This document shows, piece after piece, positions 35,800 to 46,097 of a stretch of DNA of 64,000 nucleotides; the first letter of the stretch is position 1, and each line of letters opens with the position of its first letter. The DNA is from Sedimentisphaerales bacterium. Its GTDB lineage: Bacteria > Planctomycetota > Phycisphaerae > Sedimentisphaerales > Anaerobacaceae. The DNA lies in NCBI GenBank assembly GCA_049513025.1, contig JBEKWM010000002.1, positions 123,280-187,279 of the forward strand, written 5' to 3'. Below the pieces are notes generated by a model. That model had not been told where the DNA came from. It ran no database searches and saw only the letters and a program-made list of their open reading frames with translations. The position numbers and the translations under genes were made by a program.

Positions 35800-38535
35800 T
35801 TAACCCGCCAATTTGCTTTTTACAATCTCAGCGGCTTTTGCGAGAGCGTTGTCGAGTTTGTCGGGTTTTTTGCCGCCCGCCTGCGCCATATTTGGTCTGC
35901 CGCCGCCGCCGCCGTCGATAATGGGCGAGATTTGCTTGAGGAGGTCGGCTGCACCAATTTTACTTACGAGGTCGTCGGTTACGGCAGCGAACAGGGTCGC
36001 CTTGTCGCCTTCGGCGAAGCCGAGAACGATGACCGAGGATGGGGCTTTCTTTTTGAGCATATCAATCGCAGCGCGTGCCTGTTCGGCGGTCGTGGGTGAT
36101 AACTTTCCCGTGATAATCGAGGCGTCGCCGATTTTTTCGCATTTTTTGAGAAGCTGTTTTGCTTCGGCGAGAGAATCGGAGGCGGCCTGACGCGAGGGTG
36201 ATTTAAGCTCTTTGGCGAGCCGTTTATTCTCAGCGAGCAGATGCGTAACTTTTTCGACGAGGCCGGTCGCGGGGATTTTAAGCGCTGCGGCAAGCTCGTC
36301 AACTATGTCGCTTCTTTGTTCGAGGTATTTGGCAAGGCCTCGGCCGGTGTATGCGGTGATTCTGCGGACGCCCGCGGAGATACTTTCTTCCCTGATGATT
36401 TTGAATCCGCCTATAACGCCGGTTCGGTCAACGTGTGTGCCGCCGCAGAATTCCTTGCTGAATGCCTGGTTGAGACCATCCTGGTTTGGCGCACCGACGG
36501 CAATTACGCGGACGTCATCGCCGTATTTTTCGCCGAATAGCGCCATTGCGCCGAGCTTGTCGGCCTGGTTTCGAGGCAGGATAGCGCAGGTAACGGGCAA
36601 ATCTGCGACGATTTTATCCCTGACGAGTGATTCGACCTGTTTTGTCTGCTCGCCGTCGAGCGATTTGGGATAGGTGAAGTCGAATCGCAGGTAATCAGGA
36701 CAGACCAAACTGCCCTGCTGAGCGACGGAACTGCCGAGGATTTGCCGCAAAGCCCATTGCAAAAGATGCGTGGCGGTGTGGTTTTTCTTTGTGGCGTCCC
36801 TGTCGGGGCTGACTATGGCGGTAACTTTGTCGCCAACGGCTATTGTTCCTTCGAGTAATTCGCCTTTGTGGATAACGCAATCGGCGACTTTGATTGTAGC
36901 GTCAACGACGAATTTGCCTTTGTCGGACTTGTCCGCCTGGGCGGATTCTATAACGCCGACGTCGCCGACCTGGCCGCCCATTTCGGCGTAGAAGCAGGTT
37001 TTATCGAGAACAACAGCGGCTTCTGTGCCGGCTTTGATTTGGCCTGTTGTGTTGAATGCGCCCTGGTCAATGAAGCCGAGTACCGTTGCCGGACAACGGT
37101 CGACGGTATATTTGAAGTGGTCTTGTGTTACGGGCAATTCGGTATTGGCTACCGTAACGAGAGTTTGTGCGCCTTTTTGTGCGGCCCTTGCGCGGCTGCG
37201 CTGCTGGGCCATCAGCTTATCGAAGCCGGCGGTATCAACCTTGAGGCCTCGCTCCTGCGCCATAAGCTGGGTCAAATCGACGGGGAAACCGTAGGTATCA
37301 TAAAGCTGGAACGCGTCGTCGCCGGAGATGGTTTTGTTTTTGGATTTCAGCGATTTATCGGCGGCGTCGGTGAAAATCTCAAGTCCCCTGTCGAGTGTTC
37401 TGCCGAAGCTTGTCTCTTCGGATTCGATTACTGTGGAGACGTAGTCAGCCCTCTGGAGTATTTCGGGAAATGCCTCGCCGAGGCAATCATCGACGGCGGG
37501 GACAAGTTTGAAGAGGAACGGGTCGTGCAGGCCAAGCTCTCTGCCGAAACGCGAAGCACGGCGAAGAATTCTGCGGATGACGTAGCCCCGGCCCTCGTTG
37601 GATGGTGTTGCACCGTCGGTTATAGCCATTGAGAGCGCGCGGATATGGTCGGCGATAACGCGGAAGGCGTTATCGTTTTTGTTGTTCAGCTGCGAGGTGA
37701 ATTTTTTGCCGGTCATCTGGGCGAGCTGGTCGATTACGGGCATAAAAAGATCGGTGTCGTAATTGCTGCGTTTATTTTGCAGCACGGCGGCGATTCTTTC
37801 GAGGCCTGCGCCGGTATCGACGTATTTCGCATTCAACGGCGTGAGTTTGCCGTCTTTGGCTCGATTGAATTGTATAAAAACGAGATTCCAAAGTTCGATG
37901 AATCTTGCGCAGCCGGCGTTGACGGCACACTTGTGGCCGGGGACGTTCTTTTTGTCGCAGCGGTCGGGGCCGAGGTCGATGTGGATTTCGCTGCAGGGGC
38001 CACAGGGACCGGTTTCGCCCATTTCCCAGAAGTTGTCTTTTCTGCCGAATTTGAGGACGCGGTCTGCCGGCAGTTGTGTAACCTTTGTCCAGAGGTTCGC
38101 GGCAACGCTATCCTCGGGGAGATTATCATGGGCATCGCCGGCAAATACGGTCGCATATAATTTAGAGGGGTCGATGCCCCAAACATCGGTGAACAGTTGC
38201 CAGGCCCATTCGATTGTCTCGGCCTTGAAGTAATCGTCGAATGACCAGTTACCTAACATTTCAAAAAAGGTGTGATGGTAGTTGTCATGGCCGACTTCTT
38301 CGAGGTCGTTATGTTTGCCGCTGACGCGGAGGCATTTCTGGCTGTTGACCGCGCGGCGGCACGACGGTGCGCTTAGGCCGAGAAATATGTCCTTGAACTG
38401 GTTCATCCCGGCATTGGCGAAAAGCAGCGTCTGGTCGCCGATGGGGACAATGGGCGAGCTGGGGACAAACTTGTGGTCTTTGCCTTTGAAAAAGTCGATG
38501 AAGCCGGCTCTTATTTGTTTTGCGTTCAAGGTCAT
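35800..38535 (-). CDS. alaS: alanine--tRNA ligase
   Basis: 911 aa. HTFFEMLGNWSF, editing-domain HTATHLL...CGGTHV and C-terminal DHHA1 GGGGGRPNMAQAGG. Confidence 0.97.
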   Translation of the reverse strand: MTLNAKQIRAGFIDFFKGKDHKFVPSSPIVPIGDQTLLFANAGMNQFKDIFLGLSAPSCRRAVNSQKCLRVSGKHNDLEEVGHDNYHHTFFEMLGNWSFDDYFKAETIEWAWQLFTDVWGIDPSKLYATVFAGDAHDNLPEDSVAANLWTKVTQLPADRVLKFGRKDNFWEMGETGPCGPCSEIHIDLGPDRCDKKNVPGHKCAVNAGCARFIELWNLVFIQFNRAKDGKLTPLNAKYVDTGAGLERIAAVLQNKRSNYDTDLFMPVIDQLAQMTGKKFTSQLNNKNDNAFRVIADHIRALSMAITDGATPSNEGRGYVIRRILRRASRFGRELGLHDPFLFKLVPAVDDCLGEAFPEILQRADYVSTVIESEETSFGRTLDRGLEIFTDAADKSLKSKNKTISGDDAFQLYDTYGFPVDLTQLMAQERGLKVDTAGFDKLMAQQRSRARAAQKGAQTLVTVANTELPVTQDHFKYTVDRCPATVLGFIDQGAFNTTGQIKAGTEAAVVLDKTCFYAEMGGQVGDVGVIESAQADKSDKGKFVVDATIKVADCVIHKGELLEGTIAVGDKVTAIVSPDRDATKKNHTATHLLQWALRQILGSSVAQQGSLVCPDYLRFDFTYPKSLDGEQTKQVESLVRDKIVADLPVTCAILPRNQADKLGAMALFGEKYGDDVRVIAVGAPNQDGLNQAFSKEFCGGTHVDRTGVIGGFKIIREESISAGVRRITAYTGRGLAKYLEQRSDIVDELAAALKIPATGLVEKVTHLLAENKRLAKELKSPSRQAASDSLAEAKQLLKKCEKIGDASIITGKLSPTTAEQARAAIDMLKKKAPSSVIVLGFAEGDKATLFAAVTDDLVSKIGAADLLKQISPIIDGGGGGRPNMAQAGGKKPDKLDNALAKAAEIVKSKLAG

Positions 38536-38550
38536 ATCTGGTTTACGAAA

Positions 38551-38832
38551 TTAGGTTGTCGTATCGTCTTTTTTGATAACGATGCCCTTGTCCATACTAT
38601 TCGCTATCTTTTCAAAGGCCCTGACGAACCTGTAAATCATAACAATAAAGAACATAACAACAGCAATGTAACCAAGCAGAAAACCATAAGAAAAAATCTT
38701 GGCTTTTATAGATGGTTGAGGGGCGGGCCTGTCGGGCTGCACCGTTGTGTTCTGGTAGGCCTGATTCTGATAAGCCGGATTCTGGTAAGGCGGCGCTGAT
38801 TGTGTGGGCGTTGCTGCCGCAAGTAAGTTCAT
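38551..38832 (-). CDS. hypothetical small membrane protein with Q/P/Y-rich N-terminus
   Basis: AAGGA 8 nt upstream. PPYQNPAYQNQAYQN, then one TM helix. 15 nt upstream of alaS. Confidence 0.5.
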   Translation of the reverse strand: MNLLAAATPTQSAPPYQNPAYQNQAYQNTTVQPDRPAPQPSIKAKIFSYGFLLGYIAVVMFFIVMIYRFVRAFEKIANSMDKGIVIKKDDTTT

Positions 38833-38870
38833 AACATTATCCTTTCTGAAAACCTTCTAATAAGAAGAGG

Positions 38871-38978
38871 TTTAGCCACAGAGTTTTTAGCCACAGAGCA
38901 CACAGAGATTTATCCGCCGAAGCGTTAGCGGAGGCGGAAATGAAATATAAACAGTGTAAATCCGTGTTAATCCGTGTC
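38871..38978 (-). repeat. inverted pair of repeat arms (CACGGATT arm 5', TCTGTG arm 3' on the recA-sense strand) with a central GC palindrome
   Basis: + strand reads TTTAGCCACAGAG...TTTAGCCACAGAGCACACAGAGATTT...CCGCCGAAGCGTTAGCGGAGGCGG...AAATCCGTGTTAATCCGTGTC. Begins 7 nt after the recA stop. Confidence 0.85.
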
Positions 38979-38984
38979 TAAGTA

Positions 38985-40058
38985 TTATTTATCTTCTATC
39001 AATCCTTTCGCGACGAGGATTTTGTGTTTTATCTGTTCGCAGAGGTCCTTGTTGTCGATAAGAAACTGGCGTGCCTTTTCCCTTCCCTGGCCCAGGCGGA
39101 TTTCGCCGAAACCCAGATGCGTGCCGGATTTTTCGATTACGTTGCACGCGACGCCGAGGTCAATCAGGTCGCCTTCGTAGCTGATGCCGTGGTCGAACAT
39201 AATGTCGAATTCGGCTTCGCGGAAAGGCGGGGCGATTTTGTTTTTCACAACCCTGGCGCGAACCCTGTTGCCGACTGAGCCGGTATCTTCCTTGATGGTT
39301 GTTATTCTCCGCAGGTCAAGGCGAATCGAGCAGTAGAACTTGAGGGCGTTGCCGCCTGTTGTGGTCTCGGGGTTGCCGAACATTACACCGATTTTCATAC
39401 GGATTTGATTTATGAATATCAGCGAAGTTTTGCTTTTGGCTATTATGGCGGTGAGCTTCCTCATCGCCTGGCTCATCAGTCGCGCCTGAAGGCCCATGTG
39501 GCTGTCGCCCATTTCGCCTTCGATTTCGGCTTTCGGGGTCAGCGCGGCGACCGAATCGACAACAACGACGTCAACAGAGTTGGAGGCAATCAGCATCTCC
39601 ACGATGTCGAGCGCCTGTTCACCCGTATCAGGCTGGCTGACGAGAAGCGAGCTAACGTCAACGCCGAGACGCTTTGCCCAGGTGGTATCGAGGGCGTGCT
39701 CGGCGTCGATGAATGCCGCGACTCCGCCTGCTTTCTGGGCGTTGGCGATGATGTGCAGGGCCAGCGTGGTTTTGCCTGATGATTCGGGGCCGAAGAGTTC
39801 GGTGATTCTGCCACGCGGTATGCCCGCACCGCCAAGTGCGATATCGAGCGATAATGCGCCGCTGGGTATGCCTTCGATTCTGGCATACTTGTGCTCGTCC
39901 ATCTGCATAATCGAACCGCGGCCATATTGCTTTTCGATTTGAGCGATGACTCTTTGCAGGGCGGATTCGGCGCCTGATTTATCCGCTGCGCCAGATTGCT
40001 GTGGTCTTAATGGTTCAACTGCGCCTTTGGTCTGCTGGGTGGTCTTTGTCTTAGTCAT
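38985..40058 (-). CDS. recA: recombinase RecA
   Basis: GPESSGKTT Walker [29 protein letters not shown] and full-length collinearity with RecA. Confidence 0.98.
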   Translation of the reverse strand: MTKTKTTQQTKGAVEPLRPQQSGAADKSGAESALQRVIAQIEKQYGRGSIMQMDEHKYARIEGIPSGALSLDIALGGAGIPRGRITELFGPESSGKTTLALHIIANAQKAGGVAAFIDAEHALDTTWAKRLGVDVSSLLVSQPDTGEQALDIVEMLIASNSVDVVVVDSVAALTPKAEIEGEMGDSHMGLQARLMSQAMRKLTAIIAKSKTSLIFINQIRMKIGVMFGNPETTTGGNALKFYCSIRLDLRRITTIKEDTGSVGNRVRARVVKNKIAPPFREAEFDIMFDHGISYEGDLIDLGVACNVIEKSGTHLGFGEIRLGQGREKARQFLIDNKDLCEQIKHKILVAKGLIEDK

Positions 40059-40118
40059 TTTTCTCGACTCCTATGTGGGTAGTGTGAAGGGAAACGTTCC
40101 CCTGCTTTTCATTCATCC

Positions 40119-40685
40119 TTACCGCAACTTAAACTCGTCTAATAGAGTATAGGTTGGGCCGGCTGATGTCAACTGGCTTTGGTAAACGCAAAGCGCGTCG
40201 GTGGCAATTGAGCCGAGCTTGAGATGCGAAAATTGCGCGATTGCCTCGCCCATCTTAAGGCCCGCTATGGGGTGATTGACCCGGCAAAGCGTCAGGTGCG
40301 CGGAAAATTCACGGTCTTCTTTTGGGAAACCGGCCTGGTCAAGAAGGTCGTCGAGGTCTTTTTGCAATGCCAATAACGCGTCAGTTCCTTTACTCGCTCC
40401 CACCCAGACGATTTTTGCGCTCCTGCCGCCAAATGAACCGACGGATTCGATTTCGAGGGCGAATTTCTGATGTGCCTGGGCAACGGTTTTTGCGATTTCG
40501 CTGACTTCCGTGAGCTGCTCGTCTGTTATCTCGCCCAAAAATTTCAGCGTAAGATGGATATTATTCGGCTCGACCCATTTGAGGTCGCCCTTTTTGACGT
40601 CAACCTTCGAGGCGATTTGCTTTTGCAAATCCGCGATTGCCTTTCGGATTTTGTCGTCGATATCGATGGCTATGAATACTCTCAC
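40119..40685 (-). CDS. thpR: RNA 2',3'-cyclic phosphodiesterase (2H family, LigT/ThpR)
   Basis: Two H-x-T-x motifs (HLTLKF and HLTLCR) in a 188-aa protein. Confidence 0.85.
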   Translation of the reverse strand: MRVFIAIDIDDKIRKAIADLQKQIASKVDVKKGDLKWVEPNNIHLTLKFLGEITDEQLTEVSEIAKTVAQAHQKFALEIESVGSFGGRSAKIVWVGASKGTDALLALQKDLDDLLDQAGFPKEDREFSAHLTLCRVNHPIAGLKMGEAIAQFSHLKLGSIATDALCVYQSQLTSAGPTYTLLDEFKLR

Positions 40686-40700
40686 GGTATCACCTGCCTG

Positions 40701-41606
40701 TTAAAATGTTGTGGTTTTTCGCAGGGTCTTGAGGCGTTTTTCGATGTCGCGTTTGGTTGTTTTTGTCAGGCCTTTGAGCGAGAAATCGGAGATTGTAAAA
40801 GACGCGACGACTGTACCATACGCGACTGCCTTTTTGAGCGTTGCGAAATCGGTTTTGTTCTGGCCCGCCAGATAACCCATAAAGCCGCCCGCGAAGCTGT
40901 CGCCCGCGCCGGTTGGGTCTTTGACTATAGTGGCGGGATAGGCGGGCAGGACAAATAATTGGCCGTCTGATTGTCTTACGATTGAGCCAGATTCGCCCTT
41001 CTTGATGACTACGACTGAGGGCCCAAGTTTCTCAATTTTTGCCGCTGCGGTTATTAGATTATGCTCATTTGCTAACATCCTCGCTTCAGTTTCGTTGAGG
41101 ATTAGGCAGTCGATTTTTTTCAGGAGCCGTTTCAAATCAGCGAGATTGTTATTTATCCAGAGATTCATCGTATCGGCGGCGACAAATTTGGGCTTGTCGA
41201 GCTGTTCGAGAAGCTGGATTTGCAGATTCGGCGCGGTATTTGCCAAGAAGACAAATTTACTGTCTTTGTATTCCTCGGGCATCTGGGGCGGTTCTTCCGC
41301 CAACACATTTAACTCGACGAAATCTGTTACGGCCTCGTTCATCGCGTCCACGTATGAGCCGGCCCAGCGGAATGTTTTGCTTGTATGTCGCAGTTCAAGC
41401 CCATTCAGGTCAACCTTTCGGCCTTTGAAGATTTTCTTCAAATCGAACGGGCAGTCGGCCCCGATTGCACCGAGAAATCTTACGGGCGAAAAGAAGCTCG
41501 CCGCCATACTGAAATAAACAGCCGAGCCGCCAAGACAATCCTTGCTCACGCCAAACGGCGTCTTTACAGTATCAATCCCGATTGAACCTGTTACCAATAA
41601 TGACAC
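40701..41606 (-). CDS. PfkB-family carbohydrate kinase
   Basis: DPTGAGDSFAGGF signature near the C-terminus. 301 aa. Confidence 0.8.
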   Translation of the reverse strand: MSLLVTGSIGIDTVKTPFGVSKDCLGGSAVYFSMAASFFSPVRFLGAIGADCPFDLKKIFKGRKVDLNGLELRHTSKTFRWAGSYVDAMNEAVTDFVELNVLAEEPPQMPEEYKDSKFVFLANTAPNLQIQLLEQLDKPKFVAADTMNLWINNNLADLKRLLKKIDCLILNETEARMLANEHNLITAAAKIEKLGPSVVVIKKGESGSIVRQSDGQLFVLPAYPATIVKDPTGAGDSFAGGFMGYLAGQNKTDFATLKKAVAYGTVVASFTISDFSLKGLTKTTKRDIEKRLKTLRKTTTF

Positions 41607-41619
41607 GAGCGTTTTCTCC

Positions 41620-43245
41620 TTATTTGCCTGTGAATTTTTTCAAGGTGTTATCGATTCTGACCAGTGTTTTTTCTTTTCCCAATAATTGCACGGAGTCGAA
41701 GATTGGCGGGCTTATTGTTGAGCCGGTGATGGCGACGCGGAGGGGCTGGGCGACTTTGCCTAAGCCGACGTTATTTTGATTGGCAAGCGAACGCAGCATT
41801 TCCTCAATACCCTGCTCGGTAAGTTCCGGCATCTCGGCCAACTTTTCGCGGACGAGTTTGAGCATCGCAAGACCATTATCTTTCAGCAAAACCTTTTGCA
41901 CGGCCTTTTCATCGTATTCAATCCGGTCATCGGCAGTAAACAGGAATTTGCACTTGTGCTCGATATCCGCAAGGGTCCGCGCGCCTTCGCAGATTTTTAT
42001 AAGACGAAGCAATGCCTCATCGTCGGCTTTGGCGACGGGCGAATCGACAATTTTCAAATACGCCTTAAAATGAGCAAGTAATTTTTCTTTGGGGAGCATT
42101 TTCAGATGTTCGGTATTGTAGGCGACGAGTTTGCCCCGGTCGAACAAACTGTTGGATTTGGTCAGGCGGGTAATATCGAAAGCGGCAATCAGCTCATCCA
42201 GTGGCATAACTTCGCGTGTATCGCCCGTGCTCCAGCCCAACAGGGCGATAAAGTTCACCATTGCTTCGGGAATGTAGCCACTTTTGAAGAAATCGACGAC
42301 GTTTATTTCGGGCAAATTAATGCCAAGGTATTTTGCCATTGCCTCGATTGCGGGTACATCGGGGACATTTTCGCCTTTAAGGAAATCTTTCATCTCGTCG
42401 GCACTGAGTCCGCCGACGCCGGCGAGTTTATTGAGGTCGATATCGGTTCTCGCTTTGATTGCCTTGCGGAGGGTTTGCGGGCGTTCACGTTTCGATAGTT
42501 TGCCGCCCGATTCGCTTATGGTTACGGACATATGGGCATATTGAGGCGGATTGCCAAAGCCGAGCGCCTGCCATAACGCCTGCTGACCCGGCGTGTTCAT
42601 TAAATGCTCCTGACCCCTTATTACGTGGGTGACACCCATAAGATGGTCGTCGATTACGCAGGCGAAGTTGTAGGTGGGGAAGCCATCGCTTTTGATGATG
42701 ATGAAATCGCCGAGTTCTGCTGTATTGAAGCTGACCTCGCCCCGGACTAAATCATTGATGACGATTGTACCTTGCGGCATAGCGAAGCGAATTGTAACAG
42801 ATTTGCCCTCAGCTTTTGCTTTCTCGACTTCCGCTTCGGTCGGGAATACCGCGGGCCTTTGATATACGAACCCTTTTTTCTGCGCCTCGGCCTGTCCGCG
42901 GAGTTGTCCAAGCTCTTCAGTTGACTCAAAGCAATAATATGCCCTGCCCTGTCCCAGCAGTTGCCCGACGTATTTATCGTAGAGTTCTCTTCGCTGGGAT
43001 TGAAAATATGGCGCGTTCGGGCCGCCAATTTCAGGCCCTTCATCCCAGTCGATACCAAGCCAGCGAAGGTCGTCGATAACCTGCTGGGTCGCGGTCGGGG
43101 TATTGCGTTTGAGGTCGGTATCCTCGATGCGCAGGATGAATTTACCTCCGGTTTTCCGGGCCAAAAGCCAATTAAATAGCGCTGTTCTCGCTCCGCCTAT
43201 ATGCAGATAACCCGTCGGCGACGGTGCAAATCGTGTTACGACCAT
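41620..43245 (-). CDS. gltX: glutamate--tRNA ligase
   Basis: The ORF is open to 43308, but ATG 43245 (GGAG upstream) gives MVVTRFAPSPTGYLHIGGAR (HIGH). KLSKR (KMSKS) is present. Confidence 0.93.
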   Translation of the reverse strand: MVVTRFAPSPTGYLHIGGARTALFNWLLARKTGGKFILRIEDTDLKRNTPTATQQVIDDLRWLGIDWDEGPEIGGPNAPYFQSQRRELYDKYVGQLLGQGRAYYCFESTEELGQLRGQAEAQKKGFVYQRPAVFPTEAEVEKAKAEGKSVTIRFAMPQGTIVINDLVRGEVSFNTAELGDFIIIKSDGFPTYNFACVIDDHLMGVTHVIRGQEHLMNTPGQQALWQALGFGNPPQYAHMSVTISESGGKLSKRERPQTLRKAIKARTDIDLNKLAGVGGLSADEMKDFLKGENVPDVPAIEAMAKYLGINLPEINVVDFFKSGYIPEAMVNFIALLGWSTGDTREVMPLDELIAAFDITRLTKSNSLFDRGKLVAYNTEHLKMLPKEKLLAHFKAYLKIVDSPVAKADDEALLRLIKICEGARTLADIEHKCKFLFTADDRIEYDEKAVQKVLLKDNGLAMLKLVREKLAEMPELTEQGIEEMLRSLANQNNVGLGKVAQPLRVAITGSTISPPIFDSVQLLGKEKTLVRIDNTLKKFTGK

Positions 43246-43342
43246 TACCGGAACTCCAAAAAGGTATTTAAGGCCAGTCAGGATAAGCGTAAGCGCCGCA
43301 GAAGTCAATTTTCAAAACCGTCGGGATAAGGTCAAAGCTTGC

Positions 43343-43371
43343 TTGACGGCAACGGGCGGTGGGACTAAAAT
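43343..43371 (+). promoter_or_regulatory. thrS promoter (TTGACG-17 nt-TAAAAT)
   Basis: -35 at 43343-43348 and -10 at 43366-43371. Confidence 0.4.
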
Positions 43372-43422
43372 GACAATTATTGGCAATAATTTTGAATTAG
43401 GATTGGTTTATCGGATTGACTG

Positions 43423-45339
43423 ATGGCGAGAATTAAACTGCCGGACGGCTCAATTATAGAAGCCGATGACGGCGTAACGGCAAAGCAAGCAGCGGAGAAA
43501 ATCGGCCCAGGACTCGCGAAGGCGGCCATAGCGGCAAAAATCAACGGCAACCTCGTTGACCTGTCCACGCCGATAAACGGGGAAGTAAGCATCCAAATCA
43601 TCACCTCCAAAGACACCGAAGGGCTGGAAATAATGCGCCATAGTTGTGCGCATATTATGGCCGAGGCGATATGCGGCTTGTGGCCCAATACCAAACTCGT
43701 TTACGGTCCCACCGTTGACGACGGGTTTTATTACGATATTGACCTCGATGAGCCGATTCGCCCGGGCGACTTCGAACGCATCGAGGAAAAAATGGGCGAG
43801 ATTGTCAAGGCCGACAAGCCCTTTGTTCGCAAAGAAATGACCCGTGCCGAGGCGATTGCCAAACTTGGCGGTGAAAAATACAAGACCGACAACGTCAATC
43901 GCGCAACCGGCGACATAATGAGTTTTTACTCCTCCGGCGACAGTTTCGAGGACCTCTGCCGAGGCCCACACATCCCAAGCGCGGGCAAGGCGGGCGCATT
44001 CAAAGTTATGTCGGTAGCGGGAGCATACTGGCACGGCGACCCGACGCAAAAAATGCTGCAAAGGGTTTACGGCACCAGTTGGCGAAATCGCAAAGAGCTT
44101 GACGAATACCTTACTCGTCTCGAAGAGGCGAAAAAACGCGACCACCGCGTCATTGGCAAACAACTCGATTTGTTCAGCTTTAACGACGCAGGGCCCGGCT
44201 TTGCGTTTATGCACCCCAATGGGATGATTATCTGGAATTCGATAGTCGATTTCTGGCGGGGCGTTCACAAGCGATTCGGCTATGAGGAAATCAAAACGCC
44301 CATCATTCTCAATAAAGAACTATGGCACAGGAGCGGCCACTGGGACCACTACAAAGAGAATATGTATTTCACCCGCTTCGACGACGCCGACTACGCGATA
44401 AAGCCGATGAACTGCCCGGGCGGCTGCTTAGTTTATCAAACCCGCAAACATTCCTACCGCGAATTCCCGCTACGGGTCGCCGAACTTGGGCTTGTCCATC
44501 GCCACGAGGCGAGCGGCGTAATACACGGGCTTTTCAGGGTGCGGCAATTTACCCAGGACGATGCTCATATCTTCTGCACGCCCGACCAGATTGAGGGGGA
44601 AATCGCGGGCGTTATCGAGCTGACATTCGAGATATACCGGGCGTTCGGCTTCTCGGATTTCCACATCGAACTCTCCACCAAGCCCGAAAACCACATCGGC
44701 TCCGATGAAATCTGGGATATCGCCACCAACGCCCTAATCAATGCCCTTAAGCACAAGAACATCGATTACAAGGTCAACGAGGGCGACGGCGCCTTCTACG
44801 GGCCCAAAATCGATTTTCATATTGAGGATTCACTGAAACGCTCCTGGCAATTAGGCACCATCCAGCTTGATTTCTCAATGCCCCAGCGATTTGAGCTTGT
44901 CTATACCGACAAGGACAATACCGAAAAGGCGCCGGTTATGATTCACCGCGCGGTGCTGGGTTCGTTCGAGCGGTTTATCGGGATTCTCATTGAGCATTAC
45001 GCGGGTGATATGCCCTTGTGGCTTGCCCCCCAGCAGGCAGTCATCCTGCCCATAAGCGAAAAGACCAATGATTACGCCAAGGCGGTCGAAGCCCGGCTAA
45101 AGGCGCAGGGGTTGCGTGTCTCCTGCGATTTGACTGATGAGAAAATCGGGGCAAAAATCGCCAGAACGCACAGCGACAAGCCGGCATATATGCTTGTGGT
45201 CGGGCCAAAGGAATCGCAGTCGGATTCCGTCAACGTCAGGATTCGCGGCCAAGAGCAGACAAAAACGCTGAAAGTCGATGAATTTGCGGCAATCGCCTCC
45301 AGGAAAATTGCCGATAAGCAGGTAGGGCTGGCCTTGTAG
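43423..45339 (+). CDS. thrS: threonine--tRNA ligase
   Basis: 638 aa. TGS domain, editing-domain HSCAHIM, class II core and anticodon-binding domain. Confidence 0.97.
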   Translation: MARIKLPDGSIIEADDGVTAKQAAEKIGPGLAKAAIAAKINGNLVDLSTPINGEVSIQIITSKDTEGLEIMRHSCAHIMAEAICGLWPNTKLVYGPTVDDGFYYDIDLDEPIRPGDFERIEEKMGEIVKADKPFVRKEMTRAEAIAKLGGEKYKTDNVNRATGDIMSFYSSGDSFEDLCRGPHIPSAGKAGAFKVMSVAGAYWHGDPTQKMLQRVYGTSWRNRKELDEYLTRLEEAKKRDHRVIGKQLDLFSFNDAGPGFAFMHPNGMIIWNSIVDFWRGVHKRFGYEEIKTPIILNKELWHRSGHWDHYKENMYFTRFDDADYAIKPMNCPGGCLVYQTRKHSYREFPLRVAELGLVHRHEASGVIHGLFRVRQFTQDDAHIFCTPDQIEGEIAGVIELTFEIYRAFGFSDFHIELSTKPENHIGSDEIWDIATNALINALKHKNIDYKVNEGDGAFYGPKIDFHIEDSLKRSWQLGTIQLDFSMPQRFELVYTDKDNTEKAPVMIHRAVLGSFERFIGILIEHYAGDMPLWLAPQQAVILPISEKTNDYAKAVEARLKAQGLRVSCDLTDEKIGAKIARTHSDKPAYMLVVGPKESQSDSVNVRIRGQEQTKTLKVDEFAAIASRKIADKQVGLAL

Positions 45340-45402
45340 GCCGACAGGTTTGAAGATTTTGACAGACAACTATATTTATAGTTTTTGGAAAGGTGATAGT
45401 TA

Positions 45403-45921
45403 GTGATAATAAAGGTAAAGGGTTTGAGGATAAACGGAGGGATACGAGCCGATAAGGTTCGGCTCGTCGATGCAGAAAACAATCAGGTCGGCATAGTTGA
45501 GCGGCTTTTCGCCCAGGAAAAGGCCCGCGAGGCCAGTTTGGACCTTGTCGAGGTATCGCCGACCAGCGACCCGCCCGTATGCCGGATAATGGATTATGGC
45601 AAGTGGGTCTATGAGCAGAAGCGAAAAGTCCGCGAGGCACGCAAAAAAACCCACCATGCCGGCTCTCTTAAGGAAGTCCGGCTGCGGCCAGAAACCGACG
45701 CACACGACATCGAAATCAAGGTCAAGCACGCCCGCGAGTTTATCGAAAAGGGGCACAAGGTTCAATTTACGCTCATTTTCCGAGGTCGCCAGATGCTCCA
45801 TAAGGACAAGGGTACCGAGGTTCTTACCAGGATAGTCGAGACCCTCAGCGACATAGCCAAGGTGGACCGCTCCAACGAGATGATGGGCAAGCGAATGACC
45901 CTTGTGGTCGCGCCCAAGTAG
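45403..45921 (+). CDS. infC: translation initiation factor IF-3
   Basis: RINGGIRADKVRLVD...EVRLRPETDAHD... No AUG is in frame: GTG at 45403, or ATA at 45406/45409, follows AAGGTGA. Confidence 0.93.
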   Translation: MIIKVKGLRINGGIRADKVRLVDAENNQVGIVERLFAQEKAREASLDLVEVSPTSDPPVCRIMDYGKWVYEQKRKVREARKKTHHAGSLKEVRLRPETDAHDIEIKVKHAREFIEKGHKVQFTLIFRGRQMLHKDKGTEVLTRIVETLSDIAKVDRSNEMMGKRMTLVVAPK

Positions 45922-45922
45922 C

Positions 45923-45982
45923 GATTTTCAATTCTTCGGATATCGCCGGCCGGGGGGCCGAGCGACGAGAAAATTGAAAATC
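45923..45982 (+). terminator. long imperfect hairpin after infC (GATTTTCAATT ... AATTGAAAATC flanking a GC-rich core)
   Basis: 11-nt perfect inverted repeat at 45923-45933 / 45972-45982. No U-tract. Confidence 0.3.
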
Positions 45983-45996
45983 ATAAATCAAGGCGG

Positions 45997-46025
45997 TTGA
46001 CCTGCTTACGCAAATAGTGTATACT
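45997..46025 (+). promoter_or_regulatory. rpmI-rplT promoter (TTGACC-17 nt-TATACT)
   Basis: -35 at 45997-46002 and -10 at 46020-46025. About 70-nt leader before rpmI. Confidence 0.4.
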
Positions 46026-46097
46026 TCCCCATTCGCTCGTGGCAGACAATTATGGTTATGCGCCGCGATTTGGTGAAATTTTTCAGGGTAGAAACAA

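Noticed and set aside
38985-40685. thpR (ligT)-recA tandem as a novel linkage
   Set aside because: As far as I recall, ligT is co-transcribed with recA in Deinococcus (cinA-ligT-recA). This is probably ordinary synteny rather than a new system.
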